Positions 38,555 to 47,781 of a stretch of DNA of 64,000 nt are shown piece by piece; position 1 is the stretch's first letter; each line of letters starts with the position of its first letter. The stretch is taken from assembly GCA_963668675.2 (NCBI GenBank), contig CAXXMB010000002.1, positions 1,088,001 through 1,152,000 of the forward strand. Direction: 5' to 3'. A program made the translations under genes and the position numbers. Source of the DNA: an uncultured Desulfatitalea sp. (GTDB lineage Bacteria > Desulfobacterota > Desulfobacteria > Desulfobacterales > Desulfosarcinaceae). The notes below the pieces were generated by a model. It worked only from the letters and a program-made list of their open reading frames with translations, was not told the DNA's origin and searched no databases.

Positions 38555-39698
38555 CGCCAGATTTCCCATCGATATCGATGCCCGATAGAATGGCATCTAC
38601 TGTTTGACCGCATATTTTCTCAATGGCGACTTGGAGCCTCTTGGCCGCATCTCTTCGCTTCTCTATCGCCGCTATAGCCGCGGCATCCTTTCCATACTTG
38701 ACCAACTTGCGCTCAAAACGCTCGTCAAGATTGGCCAAACGGTGGCCGACAACCAGTTTGTCCGCAAAATAGAGCACGCTGGCTTCGTCCACAGATGGAT
38801 CCGGCCCTACCGCCATATCCATGTGTACCCTTACCAACCCCGCAAGTCGGGAGAAATCGAGATCCTCCAAAAGCTTCGCACCGGCCAGTGCGTGGCCAGG
38901 CATCTCTCGAGCGATGTCATGCACCAGCGCAGCAGAACGAACCAGATCAAGATCCAGAGCAAAACCCGCCTGCCGCAATGCCGTGGCCAACCTCACAGCC
39001 ACCGCCGCAACGGCGCGGCAGTGATGTTGAACCGCTCCCGGCACGTTATTAACCTGGGCCATCAGTGCATGACACTCATCCACCGTGGGAATATCCTCGC
39101 TCAGAAGACGCGCCAACATCCTCCGGTAATCCGTTTCTGTATCCAGATCCCACAGGATGCCCTGGTCCGCCACCGCTACATCCCGCATCGACATATCCCA
39201 AGCCAACCAGCAACCCCGCAATCCACCCTCACCCGACCACTCCAATATCTCCGGTGCCAGCGCTGCAGGCACCAACGGCGGATGGCCGCGCCGGCCATCG
39301 AAACAGGGATGACAAATATCACCACCATACGCCGTGAACGCTTCAACAAGAGCAGTCACCGTACTTCTTCGCACCAAGGGAACGTCAACGGGATGCACGA
39401 AGAATCCACGACACCCCTCGGGAAGAGCACAGATACCCGCCTGAATCGAAGAGAACATCCCCTCTTCGAACCTCCAGTTCACCACAGAGCGAACACCATG
39501 CGGTCCAAGGGCCGCCTTCACCTCCTCTGCCCTGTGCCCGAGGACGACACAACTATCTTCGACACCTGCATCCCGGTAGAGCCCCACCACCCGCTCGACC
39601 ACCGTCGTATCCCCCAGAGGCAGCAACGGCTTGAAGCGACCCATGCGGCTGGACAGACCTGCGGCCAGGATGATGGCTGTTAAGCGGTCAGTTGTCAT
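38547..39698 (-). CDS. MocA/MobA-like NTP transferase fused to an HD domain (DVU_1551-type)
   Basis: ILAAGLSSRMG..KPLL, GMFSSI, PVDVP, GHPP, DLDT; C-terminal HCRAV...VHDI...ADK. Confidence 0.88.
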   Translation of the reverse strand: MTTDRLTAIILAAGLSSRMGRFKPLLPLGDTTVVERVVGLYRDAGVEDSCVVLGHRAEEVKAALGPHGVRSVVNWRFEEGMFSSIQAGICALPEGCRGFFVHPVDVPLVRRSTVTALVEAFTAYGGDICHPCFDGRRGHPPLVPAALAPEILEWSGEGGLRGCWLAWDMSMRDVAVADQGILWDLDTETDYRRMLARLLSEDIPTVDECHALMAQVNNVPGAVQHHCRAVAAVAVRLATALRQAGFALDLDLVRSAALVHDIAREMPGHALAGAKLLEDLDFSRLAGLVRVHMDMAVGPDPSVDEASVLYFADKLVVGHRLANLDERFERKLVKYGKDAAAIAAIEKRRDAAKRLQVAIEKICGQTVDAILSGIDIDGKSGDG

Positions 39699-39739
39699 GT
39701 GTTGTTCATACTCAATTTTCAGCAATAGATCTTGCAGGA

Positions 39740-39932
39740 GGTGATGCGGACAGGGTGTGGAAGTGCCCCGTGCCTTCAGCAAATGGTTTTACTGCCGCTT
39801 AGATGCAGCGGAGGAAAAGCGGTCCGCACTGTCTGAGCACAGCGAGTTTGCGGACCACCCGGAGCTTCATCTTAGCGACAGTCAAACCATGAAGCACAGC
39901 ATGGAGCAGTTCCACACCCTGTCCGCATCACC
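39740..39932. repeat. ~190-bp nested palindromic element (REP/MITE-like)
   Basis: Perfect 23-bp terminal inverted repeat GGTGATGCGGACAGGGTGTGGAA (39740-39762 / 39910-39932), inner imperfect arms, central CTGTCTGAGCACAGCGAGTT. Confidence 0.85.
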
Positions 39933-39995
39933 GGCGCACCCGCACTTATGTCTGCATCCTTCCGCCCAATCAAACGACTCTTCCGAAACATTCGA

Positions 39996-41036
39996 TCACC
40001 GATTCTTCACTTCGATCATCTCGGCAACAATACTCACCGCAATCTCAGCCGGCGTCTCCGCCCCAATGTTCAACCCAATCGGTGAGTGGACCCGCTTCAA
40101 GTCATCTTCCCCAAACCCCTCTTTTCGAAGTCTCTTATAGATAGCATCCCGTTTGCGCCGGCTGCCGATCATGCCGATATAGCCAGCTTCTGTACGCAAC
40201 GCACCTGCCAGCACCGACTTGTCGTAGAGATGACCGCGCGTGACAATGACGACAAAGCTGTCCCGATCCACCCGCACCCCCCGAAACGGATCATCGAGAT
40301 CAGGGAGAACCCGCACCTCTTGGGCATCGGGAAACCGCTGTCGGTTGGCATACGCATCGCGATCATCCAGCACCACCACCTGAAACCCCGCCAGATGCGC
40401 CAGATGAGCAGTGGGCTGAGCCACATGGCCCGCACCCACCACAAAAGCGATCCTGGGCTTGCAGATCGGCTCCACAATCACATAGAGCCCCTCCACCTCT
40501 ACGATCGTCATGACCCTGGCCGAGCGCCCCTTCTGCACCAGCGGTGCGATGGCATCCTTGCTCAAAGGAAGCTGACCCCAAACGCGACCATCGGCATGAA
40601 CCAGCCCGTGGTGGACCTTCTCAACCCTCCCCTGCTTGCGCTCAACGGCAATCAAGAAGCCCCCCTCCTCACCCCCGGCCCTCATCTGCCGCCAGCCATC
40701 GAACAGGGCGACATGCTCGGGCGAAGGCGCCAGCGGATCGAGCAATATCTCCAGGCCGCCGCCGCAAATCATATCCATACTGGCCATTTCGGCCTGCCCC
40801 AGATCGAAAGTTTCAAAACGGGCCCTGCCGCCGGTCAGCAACCCAAGACACTGCTCGATCACCCGGGCCTCCATCACGCCGCCGCCAATGGTCCCGAAAT
40901 GCGTCCCGCCACCGGTCACCACCATCTGGGTGCCGGCCGTACGCGGCGTAGAGCCCTGTTGGCTGATGATCTTGGCCAGGACCAGAGGCTCCCCCCGGGA
41001 GAGGCATTCATAGGCTGTTTCGGCAATATCGGTCAT
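39996..41036 (-). CDS. XdhC/CoxI family Moco maturation factor
   Basis: GSTPR..G, GTIGGG, MICGG, GAGHVA, TRGH..D, GMIGSRRK, SPIGLNIGAETPAEIA. Confidence 0.93.
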   Translation of the reverse strand: MTDIAETAYECLSRGEPLVLAKIISQQGSTPRTAGTQMVVTGGGTHFGTIGGGVMEARVIEQCLGLLTGGRARFETFDLGQAEMASMDMICGGGLEILLDPLAPSPEHVALFDGWRQMRAGGEEGGFLIAVERKQGRVEKVHHGLVHADGRVWGQLPLSKDAIAPLVQKGRSARVMTIVEVEGLYVIVEPICKPRIAFVVGAGHVAQPTAHLAHLAGFQVVVLDDRDAYANRQRFPDAQEVRVLPDLDDPFRGVRVDRDSFVVIVTRGHLYDKSVLAGALRTEAGYIGMIGSRRKRDAIYKRLRKEGFGEDDLKRVHSPIGLNIGAETPAEIAVSIVAEMIEVKNR

Positions 41037-42426
41037 GCTCAGTACTCCTCATCTCTTGGATCACAATCCTGCGCTTTGTTGCGGAACCGGCCGACACCGA
41101 TCCGACATGGCCCGTTGCGACGGCATCCCATGCGGCCCCGCAACCCGCCGCCAGAACCGATAACGGCGCCAAGATGAGGGCCTTTTCTGCCAAAGCGGCC
41201 TGAATCGCAGGCACCCGGCGCAACGCCGCGACCACCTGGGAGGGCGCCGGCTCACCCTCTCTCATCGCATAGAGCGTCACCTCAAGAGAGGTCTCCCGGC
41301 GGCCGCAATGCAGCGTGGCCTGAAAGTTGACCGTGCCCGGCAGAGCAAAGAGCGCCTCATCGAGGCTGGCCAGGTCCAGCACGAGATCCCCGGTCAGGCA
41401 GATCGAATCGGCCAGCCGACCCTGCACCCACCCCATGCGTCTCAACGCCGAACCGCAGCGGCAGGAACCATCGATCCAAGCCGCCAGATCACCGGTGCGA
41501 TAGCGAACCAACGGCATCGTATGGCGCGTCAACGTGGTGAACACCACCTCGCCCAGCCGGCCATTGTCGACGGGCTGCTCGGTCACCGGATCGATGATTT
41601 CGAACAGCAGGTCCACCTCGCGCAGGTGATAGCCACAGTGGGCCGCACACTCCACCGCACCGCCATAGCCCATCTCTGTCATACCATAGTGTTGAAACAC
41701 CTCACACCCCCATGCCTCCTGAATCGCACTTACGATGGCGCGGGGCACATAATCCGTGCTCAGCAGCACCGACTGAATGACGCCCGGAGGAATGCGGGCA
41801 CTCTCCGGATGGCGCACCAGGGCCAGGACCTGAACCGGAATCCCCACCAAGCTGTTGATGCGCCGCTCAAGAATGGTCCGGATGGTAAGGCCCGGATCCA
41901 CGACCGGCCCGTGGACGACACCAGCCACCCCCATACGCGCCAACGCCCTGTTCAGCAGGGCACCGACGCTGTCGCGCAACTCCCCGGGCAGCAGAATGAG
42001 AACGCGCTGACCGGACCTCACCAGGGTGGCCATGCCGTGGTGAAAAAAATCGACCGTCTGCGCCAGATCCGCATCGCTGAAAAAGATGCGCTTGGGATCG
42101 CCAGTGGTCCCCGAGGTAGGCAGTGTGACCACCCGGGCCACCTCGCTTTGGGAGCCACAAACCATATCGAGGGGAGCAGTGTGAAGGGCTTCGGATGGCG
42201 TCAACGGCCAGGCAGCCAACTCATCGATGTGGCTCAATCGGGGCACGCTGCAATCTTCCCACTGCCGGCGGTAGTATGGGCTGAATCGGGCAGCATGGGC
42301 CAACGTCTCGTTGAGCCGCTCCAATTGGTAGCTCTCCAATTGATCTCGTGTGAACCGCAGGCCTGGCGCCATACCCAATCGCGCGCCGATCCAATCTTCC
42401 AATGGCGTTCTGGGGAGGGGTTTCAT
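41008..42426 (-). CDS. AMP-dependent CoA ligase, PaaK-like (DVU_1553-type)
   Basis: Start MKPLPRTPLE overlapping the upstream stop; TSGTTGDPKR, HYGMTEMG, RYRTGD. Confidence 0.88.
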   Translation of the reverse strand: MKPLPRTPLEDWIGARLGMAPGLRFTRDQLESYQLERLNETLAHAARFSPYYRRQWEDCSVPRLSHIDELAAWPLTPSEALHTAPLDMVCGSQSEVARVVTLPTSGTTGDPKRIFFSDADLAQTVDFFHHGMATLVRSGQRVLILLPGELRDSVGALLNRALARMGVAGVVHGPVVDPGLTIRTILERRINSLVGIPVQVLALVRHPESARIPPGVIQSVLLSTDYVPRAIVSAIQEAWGCEVFQHYGMTEMGYGGAVECAAHCGYHLREVDLLFEIIDPVTEQPVDNGRLGEVVFTTLTRHTMPLVRYRTGDLAAWIDGSCRCGSALRRMGWVQGRLADSICLTGDLVLDLASLDEALFALPGTVNFQATLHCGRRETSLEVTLYAMREGEPAPSQVVAALRRVPAIQAALAEKALILAPLSVLAAGCGAAWDAVATGHVGSVSAGSATKRRIVIQEMRSTEHDRYCRNSL

Positions 42427-43796
42427 GGCCGATAGAGGGTGCGGCCGTCGGCCGCGGTCAGGTTGTAGAGGCAAAAGGGCACCAAACGCCCGTCGGCCGC
42501 CATGACGTGGATGCAGCACTGCTGCACCCGTTCGAGGTCCAGGTTCCATACATCCTGAAACGCCATGGCCGACACCGAGAAGGTGCGGAAGCGGGCCGCA
42601 TCCAGAAAATCGTCCAAAGAGATCGGTTGGTCGGCGGCACAGCCCGCCGTCTGACCACAGGCGCAGGCCCCGGTCGCCGTTATGGGCGCTTCGTGAGACG
42701 GGGCCCTCCAGTGACGAGCCACCGAACCGATGGCGCGGGCCGCCCCCTCTTCGGCCCGGATGGGCGCCTCGGCACGCCAATCCATGGGGCCCGGGTGTAG
42801 CGGTCGCGGGCCGCCCTCCGCGGAGAGCAGGTATTGGGCATGAAAAGAGCACAGCGAGTGCTCGCACCCGGGCGGACGAAAGTGTTCGACCCGGAAGAGC
42901 CCCTCGCTTTGCCTCTCGATGGCCTGCATGAGTTCCGGCAAGGTGAGGCGATCGCGCTCCGCCGGCTCTCCCGGATGGCGGCCGAAATAGCTTACCGGCT
43001 GGAAATGGACGCCCCGCACCGTCGGATAGTGCGCCAGGGCAAAACGCAGAATATCCCCCACCGCATGGCTGTTGCGTCCCGGCACCAGGGTAGGCACCAG
43101 CACCACGCCGAGACCGGCCCGATTACACGCCTCGACAGCAGCCCTCTTCTCCGACCAGAGCCCTCGCCCGCGCAGTGAGCGATAGGCCTCATCGTCTACC
43201 CCGTCAAACTGCAAAAAAAGCGAGGCGACGCCGGCCGCCTTGAGCGTCCCGGCATAGCCCGGCTCCCGGGCCAGGCGCAGGCCGTTGGTGTTGATCTGAA
43301 TAAAACCGAACCCGGCCCTGCGCCCCATCTCCACCAGTTGGGGCAGATCGTCGCGCAGGGTCGGCTCCCCGCCGGAGAGCTGGATGTTGCACCCCACACC
43401 CGATTTGCGCAGATGACGGTACCAACCGGCGACCACATCTACCGGCGGCTCCTCTCCCTTGGGTCGGGCATCGGCATAGCAGACCAGACAGCCGAGATCG
43501 CATCGCTGGGTCACCTCCAGGATCACCGTACACGAGCGTTGGAGATGCTCGGGGCACAACCCGCAGTCGAACGGGCAGCCCCTATCGGCCTCATGGCCCA
43601 CCACCGTGGGGTGTGTGGGGATCTTGGGGCGGTGCCAACCCGCCATATCCGGCGCCCCATTCCAGATCAAGCTTTCAAACGAACCGTGGTCCGGGCACCG
43701 CTTTTCCAGGTAGACGGCTTCTCCCCGGGCTACTCTTTGGGCAGGAATGCGTTCCAGGCAAACCGGGCATAGGCTGGAGGTGTCTTGATGTTTCAA
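42423..43796 (-). CDS. radical SAM protein (TrsS / DVU_1554-type), Cys form
   Basis: N-terminal CPVC..CPDH and CPFDCGLC; CDLGCLVC radical-SAM motif; SGGEP; C-terminal CCIH...VPFC. Confidence 0.88.
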   Translation of the reverse strand: MKHQDTSSLCPVCLERIPAQRVARGEAVYLEKRCPDHGSFESLIWNGAPDMAGWHRPKIPTHPTVVGHEADRGCPFDCGLCPEHLQRSCTVILEVTQRCDLGCLVCYADARPKGEEPPVDVVAGWYRHLRKSGVGCNIQLSGGEPTLRDDLPQLVEMGRRAGFGFIQINTNGLRLAREPGYAGTLKAAGVASLFLQFDGVDDEAYRSLRGRGLWSEKRAAVEACNRAGLGVVLVPTLVPGRNSHAVGDILRFALAHYPTVRGVHFQPVSYFGRHPGEPAERDRLTLPELMQAIERQSEGLFRVEHFRPPGCEHSLCSFHAQYLLSAEGGPRPLHPGPMDWRAEAPIRAEEGAARAIGSVARHWRAPSHEAPITATGACACGQTAGCAADQPISLDDFLDAARFRTFSVSAMAFQDVWNLDLERVQQCCIHVMAADGRLVPFCLYNLTAADGRTLYRP

Positions 43797-43837
43797 GGCC
43801 TGATCCTACTCATCATAAAATCGGCTACCTTCCTTAA

Positions 43838-43867
43838 CTTAAAACGTTATACTTTCCACTTTAAACT
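43838..43867. repeat. degenerate 7-bp tandem repeat
   Basis: CTTAAAA CGTTATA CTTTCCA CTTTAAA CT. Confidence 0.6.
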
Positions 43868-43899
43868 GCTTTGCTTTTGTCTTGCAGTAGAGACCGACT

Positions 43900-44340
43900 T
43901 TAACCATCCACACCATAATTCGCCAATATCTCCATTACCTTGGTATAGGTATCGCCCACAAGCTGGGCACAGGTCTGACGGGCAGCTTCCGCCCCACCCT
44001 CTCCCACAATGGCACTGCAGGTCGTATCACGATCAGATGAACCAATGCGCGCTTCGAACCAGCCGGTCAGCTCCTGAAGCATCATGGGCAACTGTTCGGA
44101 GGGCTGTGCCGGATCACTCTTATCGACGGCCTTGAAGGCCAACAGGCAGCAGCCGCCGGTAAGAGTGCCGCAGGTGGCGTGTCCCGAGCCGCAACCAAAA
44201 GCGAGGCCGGCCATGGTCCGCACCAGGTCCGGATTGGATTGCCCCTCCTCCTGCATTGCCATCAGCAGCAGAATCTGGCTGCAGCTATAGCCCTGTTGCC
44301 CCCAACGCATCATGTGAATCAAAACATCATCCATGCTCAT
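43900..44340 (-). CDS. C-GCAxxG-C-C family putative redox protein (DVU_1555-type)
   Basis: GYSCSQ, TCGTLTGGCC, TTC, QTC. Confidence 0.88.
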   Translation of the reverse strand: MSMDDVLIHMMRWGQQGYSCSQILLLMAMQEEGQSNPDLVRTMAGLAFGCGSGHATCGTLTGGCCLLAFKAVDKSDPAQPSEQLPMMLQELTGWFEARIGSSDRDTTCSAIVGEGGAEAARQTCAQLVGDTYTKVMEILANYGVDG

Positions 44341-45064
44341 CCACCCCCTTGCATGCGACCATCAAATAGTACCCCGGTCGTCCCCCACCGGCTTGTCTCT
44401 TTCCGCAGCCGCCGCCCACCGCCGACCAGAAGGCCTCAAGGGAACCGTGGGCCCAGACCAGTTTGGCAACCAGTTGGGTGAGCAGCGGGGAATGGTCTTC
44501 GAACAGAAGCACCTCGAAACCCGCCCTCTCCATGCGCTCATGCAGGGTCCGGCGACCGACGGCTCCCGCCAGGCAACTGCGCGCCAGTGCCTGAAAGAGG
44601 CGGCCATCGGCATGGCTGGACCTGTCGTAAAGATCCGACAGGATCAGGTAGCCGCCCGGTGTCAACACACGTTGCCACTCGGCCAGGGCCGCCTCCGGCG
44701 TTTTCAAAAGGGAAAGGACACATTCGCAAAAAACCGCAGAGAATCGCCGGTCCGCAATGGGAATCGCCTCAGCCCGGCCCTGGATCAGCATCAAGCGATC
44801 TGAAAGCGCGCGCCCTTCGCTCAACAGTTGCGGGGAGAGATCCAGCCCCACGGCCTCCAGGCCATGCGCCTGCCGCACATGGGTTACCGTGGCGCCACTG
44901 CCACAACCCACATCCAGCACCTGAGTCCCCGGAGAAAGCGCGCAAAAGGCCAGTGCGCGTTCGGTCAGAACCAACCCCCCCGGTCGGATGGCCGGTCCGG
45001 TGACCGTCCTTAGCGCCTTGGATTCATACAGCATTTCGGGTGGCGTCATGACAGATTCATTCAT
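44327..45064 (-). CDS. class I SAM-dependent methyltransferase (DVU_1556/TrsM-type); start uncertain
   Basis: IRPGGL.LT, VLDVGCGSG, ECVLS, LTPGG.L..SDLY. Confidence 0.88.
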   Translation of the reverse strand: MNESVMTPPEMLYESKALRTVTGPAIRPGGLVLTERALAFCALSPGTQVLDVGCGSGATVTHVRQAHGLEAVGLDLSPQLLSEGRALSDRLMLIQGRAEAIPIADRRFSAVFCECVLSLLKTPEAALAEWQRVLTPGGYLILSDLYDRSSHADGRLFQALARSCLAGAVGRRTLHERMERAGFEVLLFEDHSPLLTQLVAKLVWAHGSLEAFWSAVGGGCGKRQAGGGRPGYYLMVACKGVDEHG

Positions 45065-45125
45065 CGTTCCCAACCCCTCCGGCAGCCCTGCGGTTCGGTG
45101 CCTATCCATGATCGATAGGTGGATA

Positions 45126-45338
45126 TTATTTGTCCTCCAGAATCTTTTCGACTTCGGCCATCTTCCCCAAAGCCAACGCTTCAGGCACCAGCACCGAGCC
45201 GCACTGGGCACAACGGGGCATCTCGGTAGTGAAGCTGTTGTCCATATAGGTGACGGTCACCTGGCCGAGTTCGAGGGGCCGGTCGCAGGCGGCGCAGCGC
45301 CAGGACAATTCATCTGTCCAGTCGTTTTCGCTTTTCAT
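45126..45338 (-). CDS. small CxxC...CxxC protein (DVU_1557-type)
   Basis: GGAGGTGG RBS; WRCAAC...PRCAQCG...EVEKILEDK. Confidence 0.88.
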   Translation of the reverse strand: MKSENDWTDELSWRCAACDRPLELGQVTVTYMDNSFTTEMPRCAQCGSVLVPEALALGKMAEVEKILEDK

Positions 45339-45340
45339 GG

Positions 45341-47638
45341 CTACCCCACCTCCATGCGATGGCAATAGGCGTCGAACACCTCGAACCCATCGCCTGTTGG
45401 GGCGTACTCCACCCAGAAGGTGACGTGGTGGGGCCGGCCGGACGCCTTGAATCGGCCGGTGGCGGGATGCCGAAACTTGGGGCCACCGGCTTCAGCCAGC
45501 GCAATGGTCTGCTGCAGGTCCTCGATCAATATGCGCCGCCCGTCTATGCGTGACTGCACCTCTGGTGCAATTTTGAGCGTTATGCTCCTGTGATCCGGCC
45601 CCATAGAAATTGTTTCGCCCCAGATCTTCTTGAGGAGCCGGTCCTTGAGACGGGCACGGTTCTCCCGGCGGCGCGACCAGCCGGGTCTCGGCCGATCAGC
45701 CGGATCGGGTGTCTGTGGGTCCGGAAAAATTAAATCCAACAGGTGCAGGGTTCTCTTCCCGCCGGCCGCAAGGCTGTCGCGACACATGGCACAGTAGGCC
45801 ACGAAGTCATGAGCGCTGAGAGCACCCCGTCGCCGGACCACTTCCCGCGCCATATCGGGGTTGGCGTTTTCCATCAAACCGCCGAACCCGCAGCACTCGG
45901 TCGTTCCGCGACTCAAGGGCAGCTCAGATACGGTTGCGCCAAGCCGTTCAAGCAGGCGGCGCACCGCGTCCTGAATCCCGGGCATGTCGCGCGTGGTGCA
46001 GGGATCGTGGATGGCCAGCGTGCCCTGGATGCCGCCGGCGGCACTATTGCCGGGCAACCCCACCGTTTCCAGGGTCTCCCAGATGGATTGGACCGGCACT
46101 TCGGGCCGGTTGTCGCGGAACATGCGATGGCAGGTGGAACAGGCCAAGATCAGCTCCGGCCGTCCCAGCGCATCCCATTGCTGCTCCCATTGCATCAGGG
46201 CCTCATCAAGCTTCTCCTCATGACCCGCCCAGAAGGCCGGTGCACCGCAGCACCCGAGCATCAGGCCAACGCTGCCACCCAACGAGCGATTCAAATGATC
46301 GTAGAGCGCCTCGACCTGACCGGGCGCCGAAGCACTCAGCTGGCAGCCCGGGAAAAAGAGGTGGCTGCTCTGCTCCGTGCCGGGCGCATGACGGGCCAGG
46401 GAGAAATCATCGCCCAGGCTGAAAGCCATGTCATCCAAAGCAAATTCATGAGCCGAGGGCGGCATCTTGCCCCGCGCTACCATGCTCCGACGCGCCTGCA
46501 GACAAAGCTCCTGCATGGCAAAATTCTCCGGACAGACCGATTCGCACAAAGCGCACAAGCTGCACGAGTTGATCAGCAGGTTGGCTGAACGGCTGCCCAT
46601 GACGATCGATGCGTTGTTATAGATCTCCCGGGCATACTTTCGGGGATAGGCGCCGAAGTGCTCCAGATAGGGGCACACCTTGACGCACTCCAGGCACTGG
46701 CACATCAGGCAGCGGGAAGCTTCGTCAACGGCTTCGGCTTTTGAATAGCCCCGGTCGGCATCGGCCATGGGCACGGCCGGCAGGGGGGCAACGCCCTCCA
46801 GGTTGGTATAGAGGCACGATTCGTATGGCCCTTCGCGATCACGCCCGGCGGTCATGGAGACGTTTTGTGCGAAGCGGTCGATCGCCGTGGCGGCCCAGCG
46901 GCCATGGGCGGCCTGCCATATGGTCGAGGAGCCCGCACCGCCGGCAAAGATTCCCGGCCGGCTGGTCGTATGGGATTTGGTTTCGACCCGAACCTTGCCC
47001 GACCGATCGCGCTCGAGCTCCCACTCAGACGATGCAACGGCATCCAGGCCGAGGTAGAGCGCATCGTAGCGCCGGAGGCAATCGTCCAAAAAGGATTGGC
47101 CAAGAAGGGCAGCCCCAGTCTCAAGAGAGACCCCCATATTTTCGAGTTGGGACAATTCAGCGGCAATGCACCCTGTGTTTAGAGTACGGTGTCGGTCCGC
47201 CAGAAAGGCACCCGGTGTTTCACCAGGTTCGAAGAGAGTAACACCATAACCTTTGCGCACAAGGTCCCAGGCCACGGTGAGACTGCTCAACCCGCAGCCC
47301 AGCACGGCGATCTGCTTGCCTTTGCTCGGGAGCTTCGTTACCCGATAGACGATCTCTACATGGTTGACGCAGGCCTGCTCCAGGGCGCCGATAAGAATGG
47401 CATCGCCGGCTTGGCCCCGTTTGCAGTGCACCTGGCACGGCGCGTCGCAGATACGTCCCAGAAGACCGGCCAGTGGCATGGTGCGGGCCAAGGTCTGCCA
47501 GGCCTGATCCCACCGGCCTTGCTGCAGATGGCCGATGAAGGTGCGGACGTCCACATGGATCGGACAGGCCGCTGTGCACGCCGGCGGCTCCTCCTGGATG
47601 CAGCGCTGCTCCCATTGTCTGAGCTCATTTTGATCCAT
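45341..47638 (-). CDS. pyridine nucleotide-disulfide oxidoreductase / Fe-S dicluster / CCG-domain protein (DVU_1558-type)
   Basis: GltD-like N-terminal C..ACP cluster, degenerate GCGLSS dinucleotide loop, CLMCQCLEC and CSLCALC clusters, two CCG domains. Confidence 0.88.
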   Translation of the reverse strand: MDQNELRQWEQRCIQEEPPACTAACPIHVDVRTFIGHLQQGRWDQAWQTLARTMPLAGLLGRICDAPCQVHCKRGQAGDAILIGALEQACVNHVEIVYRVTKLPSKGKQIAVLGCGLSSLTVAWDLVRKGYGVTLFEPGETPGAFLADRHRTLNTGCIAAELSQLENMGVSLETGAALLGQSFLDDCLRRYDALYLGLDAVASSEWELERDRSGKVRVETKSHTTSRPGIFAGGAGSSTIWQAAHGRWAATAIDRFAQNVSMTAGRDREGPYESCLYTNLEGVAPLPAVPMADADRGYSKAEAVDEASRCLMCQCLECVKVCPYLEHFGAYPRKYAREIYNNASIVMGSRSANLLINSCSLCALCESVCPENFAMQELCLQARRSMVARGKMPPSAHEFALDDMAFSLGDDFSLARHAPGTEQSSHLFFPGCQLSASAPGQVEALYDHLNRSLGGSVGLMLGCCGAPAFWAGHEEKLDEALMQWEQQWDALGRPELILACSTCHRMFRDNRPEVPVQSIWETLETVGLPGNSAAGGIQGTLAIHDPCTTRDMPGIQDAVRRLLERLGATVSELPLSRGTTECCGFGGLMENANPDMAREVVRRRGALSAHDFVAYCAMCRDSLAAGGKRTLHLLDLIFPDPQTPDPADRPRPGWSRRRENRARLKDRLLKKIWGETISMGPDHRSITLKIAPEVQSRIDGRRILIEDLQQTIALAEAGGPKFRHPATGRFKASGRPHHVTFWVEYAPTGDGFEVFDAYCHRMEVG

Positions 47639-47733
47639 GGCATCTATGGCATTAGCTTTGGAGGTTTATTCCTGCGGTACCTGTCAATGGAGGAGAAAAC
47701 GGCCGACCTTTTATGGGGCTAGTACGAAATACG

Positions 47734-47764
47734 TTCAGCCGGGGTGTCACGCACCCCGGCTGAA
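47734..47764 (-). terminator. intra-operon hairpin downstream of mop
   Basis: TTCAGCCGGGGTG-tcacg-CACCCCGGCTGAA, perfect 13-bp stem, weak U tract. Confidence 0.6.
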
Positions 47765-47781
47765 ATGCGATCGGAACGGTT

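Noticed and set aside
39740..39932. CRISPR array or intact IS element
   Set aside because: The repeats are inverted and nested, not direct with spacers, and there is no transposase ORF
42427..42867. Extension of the CoA ligase ORF
   Set aside because: Overlaps the radical SAM gene; coupled start at 42426
42423..47638. Additional Sec codons in the radical-SAM cluster
   Set aside because: All ORFs are uninterrupted, and the radical SAM terminal TGA overlaps the next start codon rather than a catalytic position
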